This document shows positions 57,180 to 64,000 of a stretch of DNA of 64,000 nt, in pieces; the first letter of the stretch is position 1, and every line of letters begins with the position of its first letter. The stretch is from positions 65,388 to 129,387 of the forward strand of contig JADMKE010000029.1 of the NCBI GenBank assembly GCA_018780035.1, written 5' to 3'. Source of the DNA: Candidatus Sericytochromatia bacterium (GTDB lineage: Bacteria > Cyanobacteriota > Sericytochromatia > UBA7694). Position numbers and translations under genes: made by a program. A model generated the notes under the pieces. That model made no database searches. It worked only from the letters and a program-made list of their open reading frames with translations, and was not told the DNA's origin.

Positions 57180-58291
57180 AGTCGCTCAAATTGCGGGTGC
57201 CGGGCAAATTGTTTTTATTGGGCGAATATGCCATTTTAGAGCCTGGCAGTCAGGCTTTGCTCTTGAGTTTTCAACGCTATTTACAGGCCGAAATTGCCCC
57301 CGCTGAGCAGTTTTGGCTGCAAACAGATTTGTTGCCAGGTGCCGTAAATGGCTTTGGTTATGAACAGGGGCAGATTGTCTGGCAAACCCCTGAAGCAAGG
57401 CCCTCTGAAAAACTCAATTTTGTGGGCGAGGCCCTGCAGTGGGCCTTTGCCTATCTCGAAAGTCTGGAGCGAAGACCCAGGCCCTTTCGATTGCAGCTGC
57501 ACTCAGATCTACACAGCAGCGGGGCCAAACTCGGGCTGGGCAGCAGTGCCGCTGTCACCGTGGCCGTTTTGGCAGCCGTGCTGGCCTTTCATGGCGAGGC
57601 ATTTGAAAGCCACGAAGCCCGTTTAAAATTGTTTAAACTCGCAACCCTGGCCCACAGTGGATCTCAGAGGGGATCTCAGGGCGGCGGCAGTGGTGCCGAT
57701 CTGGCCGCTGTCATCTTTGGCAGTGTGACCTGTTACCGGCGCTATGACGCCTCTTGGCTCAAACCCGGTTCTGTGTCTTTGAACAAGCTGCTGGAAGTGA
57801 ATTGGCCCTTGCTCGGGATCGAAAAACTGCCCTGGCCTGCAGATTTGGGCCTGAAAGTGGGCTGGACAGGTCTGCCCGCCGCTACCCTGGATTTTCTCGA
57901 AGAGATCAGCTACCTCAAAGAAAAAGACCCTGAGGGCTGGATGCGCTTTCTCTTCAGTGCCAATGCGGCGACCGCTGCGGCCCGCTCTGCTCTCATTGAG
58001 GGGCAGAATGCCCCCCTCTTGCAAGCTGTGGGCCAATACCGCCACCTCTTGCAAGAACTGCAAATGGAGTTTCTCTCTCCGATAGAGACCCCGGCCCTGG
58101 TGGCTTTAAGTGATTCAGCTGAGGCCCTGGGCTTGGCCGCCAAGTCTTCGGGCGCGGGCGGCGGAGACTGTGGCCTGGCCCTCGGAGACCCCGCACTTGT
58201 GGATTCCGTTTCTGAACGCTGGCGCTCGCAAGGTGTTGAACCACTTGAATTGGCTTTGGACTTTCAGGGCCTCTGTCTGGAAGAGGGCTGA
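57176..58291 (+). CDS. mvaK2: Phosphomevalonate kinase (GHMP family)
   Basis: ATG 57176 overlapping the upstream stop (ATGA). LRVPGKLFLLGEYAILEPG, LGLGSSAAVTVAVLAAV. Confidence 0.7.
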   Translation: MKSLKLRVPGKLFLLGEYAILEPGSQALLLSFQRYLQAEIAPAEQFWLQTDLLPGAVNGFGYEQGQIVWQTPEARPSEKLNFVGEALQWAFAYLESLERRPRPFRLQLHSDLHSSGAKLGLGSSAAVTVAVLAAVLAFHGEAFESHEARLKLFKLATLAHSGSQRGSQGGGSGADLAAVIFGSVTCYRRYDASWLKPGSVSLNKLLEVNWPLLGIEKLPWPADLGLKVGWTGLPAATLDFLEEISYLKEKDPEGWMRFLFSANAATAAARSALIEGQNAPLLQAVGQYRHLLQELQMEFLSPIETPALVALSDSAEALGLAAKSSGAGGGDCGLALGDPALVDSVSERWRSQGVEPLELALDFQGLCLEEG

Positions 58292-58409
58292 TTCGGCTCT
58301 TTCACCTGTTCTGACTGCGTGTTAAAATGGAGCGTCCCGGCAAAAGGGTGGGCTTTTAAACCCCATAATTAAATTATTTCACTTATAACCACAGCATTGA
58401 GGAAAGTTT

Positions 58410-59027
58410 ATGAAAAAATCGCTCGCATTGGTCGTTACCTCTTTTTTAATGCTCACGGCCTGTGACACGCCTGTCAATTTGGCCAAGGTCCTCGAAGGAA
58501 CCAATAGCAGCAGTTCAGGTTCAGGCAGTTCGAGTTCCGTCACAGCAACCAAAACCTGGCCCAGCACTGTCAAAAAGATCGACGTCAAAACCAAACAAAC
58601 CGTTTCAGTGCAAGGCAATTTTGACAACAGCGTCGAAGTCAGCGATTTGTCTTGGGCCTCCAGTAGCTCAATGGCCTGTTTCCCTGCCACCCAGAACAGC
58701 AAATTCCGGGGCTACCATGCCTTTTATTCAGTCGAAATGCCTGCCCGCACCGAAATGGTGATTCGGGTGATTCCCAAAGACAGCAGTGCAAATATGAGCC
58801 TCTACGCCTACCAAATTGGCACCACCCGCTTTGACATTCCCCCCCAAGTTGCCTCAGCGGTAAGCTGTGAAGCCAGCTTTCAAGACAATGTCGCCCGTGT
58901 TGGCCAGCCCGGTTTTCACCGTGTTGTCACCCTTAATTCCACCACCAACCCGTATAATGTGTTGATTGGGGTCACAGGGCCTGCTGATGTGGACGGCGAA
59001 TACACACTTGAGATTGAATTGAAGTAA
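58410..59027 (+). CDS. Lipoprotein, hypothetical
   Basis: LVVTSFLMLTAC lipobox. Ser-rich linker. Confidence 0.5.
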   Translation: MKKSLALVVTSFLMLTACDTPVNLAKVLEGTNSSSSGSGSSSSVTATKTWPSTVKKIDVKTKQTVSVQGNFDNSVEVSDLSWASSSSMACFPATQNSKFRGYHAFYSVEMPARTEMVIRVIPKDSSANMSLYAYQIGTTRFDIPPQVASAVSCEASFQDNVARVGQPGFHRVVTLNSTTNPYNVLIGVTGPADVDGEYTLEIELK

Positions 59028-59048
59028 TCAACACGCAGGAGCAAAGCA

Positions 59049-59519
59049 ATGGGTCTGATTCAAATTTTGGGCGACCGCCAGGGCCGGTATATTGGACAAG
59101 GGGTCGCCCATGACGGAGACGGGTTTCAGGGAGAATTAAAACTGGAGCCCCTGGCCCATTGTAATGGCCTGCGGCTGGAATATACCGCCAGCCGCGAAGC
59201 CGCTCTTTTGCACCATGAACACACTTATTTGGCGCCCGATCCCAGTGGCTTGATACACCTCTGGGTGATCAGCAACAATACCCCCGGTCTGGTCGCTCAT
59301 GCCTTGGTCTCAGAAGAGTACAACAGCATGGGCGAACACGTCTTGACCTTTGAACATGGTGATTTGCTTGGTTCTGAGGGCTTTCGTGAGCGCATTTTAA
59401 TCACCCTGCACCAAGGGGGAGCCTTGAGTTATACCTATTTCTGGGGCCTGCCCGGCGAGCCCGTGGCCGAGCGCTCCCACGTCAAACTCTATCCCAGCCG
59501 TGTGGCTGAATCCCACTAA
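59049..59519 (+). CDS. Hypothetical protein
   Basis: ORF only. Confidence 0.35.
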   Translation: MGLIQILGDRQGRYIGQGVAHDGDGFQGELKLEPLAHCNGLRLEYTASREAALLHHEHTYLAPDPSGLIHLWVISNNTPGLVAHALVSEEYNSMGEHVLTFEHGDLLGSEGFRERILITLHQGGALSYTYFWGLPGEPVAERSHVKLYPSRVAESH

Positions 59520-59536
59520 AAAGTCCGTTTTCCAGG

Positions 59537-60319
59537 CTAAATTCTGTGGCCTGCCCAGCACACGGCATTCAGGAGCAGGGCCTGCACCTGGGGATGGAAA
59601 TAGGTGGGATGGGCCTCGTGGCCAGGCCGGAAATAAAAGATGCGGCCTTGGCCCTCGCCTTGGCCTTGGCCCCCTCCGGGGCCTGAAGCAAAATTCGGAT
59701 CGATGCCTGCCCCCACGCTCCAAGCCAGACCTGAAGGAAAAAAACGCTGGGCCTGTGGGAAATACGATTGAAATACCAGACATTCAGGTGCAGGCACGTC
59801 AAAGGGTGCGCCATACATCTCTTCTTCTGGGAGTGTAAAGTCTGAGATGCCCTGGGCGATGGGGTGTTGGGGTGCACAAACCCGAATTTCTTCGGGCTGG
59901 CCATTTTCGTGCCAACCGCCTTTGAGATGCCCCGTGGCCTTGAGCAATTGCAAAAAAGGTTTGGCATAATGGGCCGAGTGTAAGACAACCAGGCCCAGGC
60001 CCCGTGTCTCAACGGCCTCGACTATGGCCGCTGTGCGGCTGTCAGACAGTTCGGCATGGCGCAAATGGGCCCACCAAACCAAGACGTCTGTTTCCGCCAA
60101 AAGGGCATCTGGCAGGCCCTGTTCAGGCTGATCGAGATGGGCCGTTTGAAGCGCCAAGGAATTGCCCCAGCTTGCGTTTAAGCTCTTTTCACTTAAAACC
60201 TTTGCCAGGGTTTCACGTATGCCTTCAGGATAGATGTCCTGGGGTACATGGCCAGGATTTTCGTCCCAGACCAAGACTCTCAGCGGGGATGCGGGGTTTG
60301 ACATGGACTGTAAACGCAA
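59537..60319 (-). CDS. ThuA-like (class-I glutamine-amidotransferase-like fold) protein
   Basis: LRVLVWDENPGH...VLVWWAH...GLGLVVLHSA pattern typical of the ThuA family. Confidence 0.55.
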   Translation of the reverse strand: MRLQSMSNPASPLRVLVWDENPGHVPQDIYPEGIRETLAKVLSEKSLNASWGNSLALQTAHLDQPEQGLPDALLAETDVLVWWAHLRHAELSDSRTAAIVEAVETRGLGLVVLHSAHYAKPFLQLLKATGHLKGGWHENGQPEEIRVCAPQHPIAQGISDFTLPEEEMYGAPFDVPAPECLVFQSYFPQAQRFFPSGLAWSVGAGIDPNFASGPGGGQGQGEGQGRIFYFRPGHEAHPTYFHPQVQALLLNAVCWAGHRI

Positions 60320-60322
60320 AGC

Positions 60323-61237
60323 TTAAACCACGCGATTGGCGAGGATTCCAATCTTTTCGATCTCCAATTCAACGCTGTCACCCGGTTGGAGAAATCTGTC
60401 CAATTCCAGACCGCAGCCTGTGCCCACGGTGCCAGAACCGAGCAAATCGCCAGGATACAGGGTGACGCCTTCAGAGGCAAAGGCGATCATCTGGGCAAAG
60501 GTATAAAAGCTGCTGCCCGAATTGCCCTGCGACCACGTTTCGCCATTGACCCGCGCCGTCATGTTTAAATTGCGGGGATCGCCGATCTCATCGGGTGTCA
60601 CCAGTACAGGGCCCAAGCTGCTGGCAAAGTCTTTGCCTTTGGCGGGTCCCAGGCCAATCTTCATGACCTCGGCCTGAATGGCGCGGGCACTCCAATCGTT
60701 GAGAATGGTATAACCGGCAATATATTCCTCGGCGTTTTCGACGGGGATATCCCGGCCCTCTTTGCCAATCACAATCGCCAATTCCAGCTCATAATCGCGT
60801 TTGCTCTCGCCCTTGGGAAAGGCCACATCGGCCCCGTGGCCGATTAAAGCGCGGGGGTTGCCGTTGTAATAGACCGGGTATTGGTACCATTCGGGCACCA
60901 CTTCCAGCCCCCGTTTGGCCCGGCAGGTGGCCACATGTTGTTCAAAGGTATAAAAATCCAGCATTGCACCCGGAAACATGACCGGCGGGCAAAGCTGAAT
61001 CTCTGCCAGATCAAATCCGGGTATGTCGGCCCCTGTGTTGATGGCCTCAAAAACGCGCCGGGTGAGCTTCAGGCCAGGATCCGCCTGAAGCAAAGCAAGC
61101 GTGGTGTCGGGCAGGTTTAATTGGCAGAGTTTGGTCGCAGCCCTGGCCAGATCCACGACCTTTGCTTGACCCTGGCGCTCAAGCAAGAGTCCGGCACGGG
61201 GCGCGGCGCCAACCGCCCGAAATGTCAGCAATTTCAT
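60323..61237 (-). CDS. Fumarylacetoacetate-hydrolase (FAH) family protein
   Basis: ATG 61237 (MKLLTF...). GDLLGSGTVGTG and ELEIEKIGIL FAH C-terminal motifs. Confidence 0.75.
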   Translation of the reverse strand: MKLLTFRAVGAAPRAGLLLERQGQAKVVDLARAATKLCQLNLPDTTLALLQADPGLKLTRRVFEAINTGADIPGFDLAEIQLCPPVMFPGAMLDFYTFEQHVATCRAKRGLEVVPEWYQYPVYYNGNPRALIGHGADVAFPKGESKRDYELELAIVIGKEGRDIPVENAEEYIAGYTILNDWSARAIQAEVMKIGLGPAKGKDFASSLGPVLVTPDEIGDPRNLNMTARVNGETWSQGNSGSSFYTFAQMIAFASEGVTLYPGDLLGSGTVGTGCGLELDRFLQPGDSVELEIEKIGILANRVV

Positions 61238-61244
61238 GGCGGTT

Positions 61245-62963
61245 TTATTGTTCCCACATCGGGATGCGCACCCCGTGATGGCGAGCGGCGGCTTCGGCTT
61301 CGGGATAACCGGCATCGACATGGCGAATAATGCCCATGCCCGGATCACTGGTTAAGACCCGCTCCAATCGGGCTTCGGCCTCTTTGCTGCCGTCAGCCAC
61401 AATCACCATCCCTGCATGTTGGGAATAGCCGATGCCGACCCCTCCACCGTGGTGGATCGAAACCCAAGATGCGCCGCCCACGGCATTGATCATGGCATTG
61501 AGAAAGACCCAATCGGAGACGGCGTCACTGCCGTCCAACATGGCTTCGGTTTCGCGGTTGGGCGAAGCCACCGAGCCACAATCCAGGTGGTCGCGGCCAA
61601 TCACAATCGGGGCCGAGACTTCGCCACTGGCGACAAGGTCGTTGATGCGTTTGCCCAAACGGGCCCGTTCCCCATAACCCAGCCAGCAGATGCGCGCAGG
61701 CAGGCCTTGGAAGGCAACCTGATCCTGGGCCAGGTGAATCCATTTGATCAGGCCTTCGTCGTAGGCAAATTCATCGAGAATCAGCTCATCGATGCGGAAG
61801 ATGTCTTCGGGATTGCCCGAAAGCGCCGCCCAGCGGAAAGGCCCTTTGCCCTCACAAAAGAGCGGGCGAATATACGCGGGCACAAAGCCCGGAAAGGCGA
61901 AGGCCCTTTCCAGGCCACGGTTAAAGGCCTGTTGGCGGATATTATTGCCATAGTCAAAGACCACCGACCCGCGCGTTTGCAGGGTGATCATCGCTTCGAC
62001 ATGGCGCACCATGGAGTGCATCGACAATTTAATATAATGGTCGGGATCCGCCCTGCGCAGGTGTTCGGCATCGTGCAGGCTGTACTCAGCGGGCACGTAG
62101 CCATTGAGTGGATCGTGGGCGCTGGTCTGGTCGGTGACCACATCAGGCACAATCCCCTGATTGACAAGTTCAGGCAAGATTTCGGCGGCATTGCCCAGCA
62201 CGCCAATCGAACGGGCCCAACCATTGCGTTTGGCTTCGATGGCCTGGTCGATAGCGGTATTTACGTCTTCATACCATTGGTCCAGGTAGCGGGTTTCGAT
62301 CCGGCGTTCGATCCGTTTGCGGTCGACCTCGATACAGAGGGCCACGCCGCCGTTCATTTTGATCGCCAGAGGCTGAGCGCCGCCCATGCCGCCGAGACCG
62401 GCGGTCACACAGAGACGGCCTTCGAGGCTGCCATGAAAATGTTTTTCGGCCACGGCCCGGAAGGTTTCGTAGGTGCCCTGCAAAATGCCCTGGGTACCAA
62501 TATATATCCAGCTGCCTGCCGTCATCTGGCCGTACATCATCAGGCCGAGCGCTTCCAATTCGCGGAATTTTTCCCAGGTCGCCCAATGGGGCACCAAATT
62601 GGAATTGGCAATTAAGACGCGGGGCGCGTCGGGGTGGGATTTAAATACGCCCACAGGTTTGCCCGACTGCACCAAGAGGGTTTCGTCGTTTTCGAGATTC
62701 ATTAGGGTTTTGACAATCTGACGCAGGCTCTCCCAATTGCGGGCCGCTTTGCCGCTGCCGCCATAGACCAGCAGTTCTTCGGGCTTTTCGGCCACTTCGG
62801 CGTCGAGATTATTCAGCAACATGCGCAAGGCGGCTTCTTGAATCCAGCCCTTGCAATGCAATTCGTTGCCGTGGGGCGCGCGCAGAGCCACAGGCGCCTG
62901 ACCCTGAAGCAGGGCATCTAACCCGCTCAAATACAGTTCATTGGAAACGGTGAGGTTGCCCAT
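61245..62963 (-). CDS. hutU: Urocanate hydratase
   Basis: [19 protein letters not shown]-binding [12 protein letters not shown], length 572 aa. Confidence 0.9.
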   Translation of the reverse strand: MGNLTVSNELYLSGLDALLQGQAPVALRAPHGNELHCKGWIQEAALRMLLNNLDAEVAEKPEELLVYGGSGKAARNWESLRQIVKTLMNLENDETLLVQSGKPVGVFKSHPDAPRVLIANSNLVPHWATWEKFRELEALGLMMYGQMTAGSWIYIGTQGILQGTYETFRAVAEKHFHGSLEGRLCVTAGLGGMGGAQPLAIKMNGGVALCIEVDRKRIERRIETRYLDQWYEDVNTAIDQAIEAKRNGWARSIGVLGNAAEILPELVNQGIVPDVVTDQTSAHDPLNGYVPAEYSLHDAEHLRRADPDHYIKLSMHSMVRHVEAMITLQTRGSVVFDYGNNIRQQAFNRGLERAFAFPGFVPAYIRPLFCEGKGPFRWAALSGNPEDIFRIDELILDEFAYDEGLIKWIHLAQDQVAFQGLPARICWLGYGERARLGKRINDLVASGEVSAPIVIGRDHLDCGSVASPNRETEAMLDGSDAVSDWVFLNAMINAVGGASWVSIHHGGGVGIGYSQHAGMVIVADGSKEAEARLERVLTSDPGMGIIRHVDAGYPEAEAAARHHGVRIPMWEQ

Positions 62964-63128
62964 GGTCTTCTCCTTTGGTCGTCCAGACTTTTTTGTCTGA
63001 TTACCTTTTTATTATACCAGCCGACCCAAGGGGGGATGGGGTGATAGGTTTTAGGGGTTAGGCCAAAGTCTTTGGGTCTTCGTATCGAGGGTCGAAGAAC
63101 AAAACTAAAAATCAGTGGATAGCTTCTC

Positions 63129-63263
63129 TTGGCACAAGGCCCTGAAGTTCAGGCCGCTCACTGCGCCCATCCATGGGCTCCATTCGCTAAGAGTCACCCC
63201 GCCTTTGTCCATCCTGGACCGGCGGGGTTCCTATTGCCTTCACTTTTCAGGGCCTTGTGCCAA
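63129..63263. repeat. 18-19-bp perfect inverted repeat (ttggcacaaggccctgaag / cttcagggccttgtgccaa-type) enclosing a roughly 98-nt GC-rich segment with an internal CCCCGCC/GGCGGGG hairpin
   Basis: Read directly. Lies in a 750-bp non-coding region between hutU and the last partial ORF. Confidence 0.55.
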
Positions 63264-63712
63264 AACAGATAAGTATTCCAGCCTGATTTAAGCAGGTAGA
63301 GTGACATTCCTGCCTGCAAGCATCAAGTGATAATCGCGAGAAATTCTGGCTGAAGGCACGCTGTATTCGGCTCTGCTGCCAGCTGGGCAACCAAGTGAGG
63401 TTGCTCTGATTGAGCCCGAATGGCTTTGCCAGATTTTCTGTCCGAGCGGGAGCGGCGATACCCGGCACATTATGATTGCCAAGAGTAGCAGGCCTCGCTG
63501 GGATTATGCCCTCGGGCCACAGGGAGAGCTGACTCTGAATCCATCTGTGCACCGAACTGTGGGTTGCAAGAGTCACTTTTGGGTCAGAAATGGTGCGGTG
63601 GAGTGGTGTTGAAAATTTAAACGATCTTTAATTGGGAGTTGTGACCGCTCAATCTTGACTTTGTTAATTATCCGACTACAATTTTGGTAGTAACTTAATT
63701 CACAAATATTAA

Positions 63713-64000
63713 ATGAGCGATTTCCCTACTCCCGCTGATACCCCAGTAGTTTTGCCCGCCCCTTTTTTTCAGCGGCGTCTTTTGCCTATTCCCATTATTG
63801 AAACCTATCCAAATAACACCAATAGCGCTGATTTAACTATGATTGGCAAAGGAAATAATGGTAAGGATTACGCCATTAAGACTGTTGGAGATGTGAATGG
63901 GTATGTACCTTGTAGTGAGGTGTTTTGCTATGAGTTGGCAATGAGGCTTGGGATTGGCACCCCTGACTATACTATTCTGGAGTTGGATGGTGGTGAACTC
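63713..64000 (+). CDS. 5' part of a gene running off the window; weak HipA-like kinase resemblance
   Basis: ATG 63713: MSDFPTPADTP...IGKGNNGKDYAIKTVGDVNGYVPCSEVFCYELAMRLGIGTPDYTILELDGG resembles the HipA core (NEhLcMrLAraaGI..p). Not in the ORF track because no stop falls within the window. Confidence 0.3.
   Translation, partial: MSDFPTPADTPVVLPAPFFQRRLLPIPIIETYPNNTNSADLTMIGKGNNGKDYAIKTVGDVNGYVPCSEVFCYELAMRLGIGTPDYTILELDGGEL

Noticed and set aside
61416-62615. 399-aa ORF antisense to hutU
   Set aside because: hutU is unambiguous. Antisense frame lacks motifs.
63247-63576. 109-aa minus-strand ORF in the hutU-distal non-coding region
   Set aside because: No SD or motifs. The opposite strand carries a more coding-like but start-less frame. 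The region is treated as non-coding or relic.
1-64000. CRISPR arrays
   Set aside because: No series of regularly spaced identical repeats longer than 20 bp was seen anywhere in the window. No cas gene motifs seen.

Overview
This is a 64-kb stretch of a GC-rich bacterial chromosome (by eye roughly 55-60% GC). Lipoproteins, a Spy/CpxP-like periplasmic protein, FKBP and NHL proteins and a GspG-like motif suggest a Gram-negative cell envelope. I found no CRISPR array. Conserved housekeeping genes: tRNA-Trp followed by secE and nusG, then hrpB, xerC/D-family recombinase, hemJ, namZ-like, two mevalonate-pathway genes (diphosphomevalonate decarboxylase, phosphomevalonate kinase) and hutU. Between them lie several AT-rich, apparently acquired segments and a long accessory region (about 19.7 to 50.5 kb) dense in small-molecule modification and detoxification genes. 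That region has seven class-I SAM-dependent methyltransferases (MTases), an aminoglycoside-phosphotransferase-family gene, a chloramphenicol-phosphotransferase-like gene, VOC, GFA, Nudix, and two ArsR-AHSA1 pairs. The strongest candidate for an undescribed system is an AT-rich island at about 160 to 3920. It carries a translationally coupled three-gene operon: a DUF262 (GmrS-like, ParB/Srx-fold) protein, a RelA/SpoT-family nucleotidyltransferase that looks like a toxSAS/CapRel-type alarmone synthetase, and a gamma-class N6-adenine DNA methyltransferase. The island has no DUF1524/HNH nuclease and no recognisable antitoxin. Other notable loci: a WYL-domain regulator with a perfect palindromic operator next to a calpain-like cysteine protease and its TPR-like partner. 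A 2.2-kb insertion is bracketed by degenerate duplicates of the 5' end of the phosphotransferase gene. An AT-rich polytopic membrane protein has a GspG-like pseudopilin motif. There is a 1408-aa secreted HEAT-repeat protein and an IS630 transposase remnant fused upstream of the mevalonate genes. Small elements include a 5 x 13-bp tandem repeat and a 19-bp perfect inverted repeat enclosing a structured 100-nt segment. All family assignments come from reading motifs in the supplied translations; no database search was possible.
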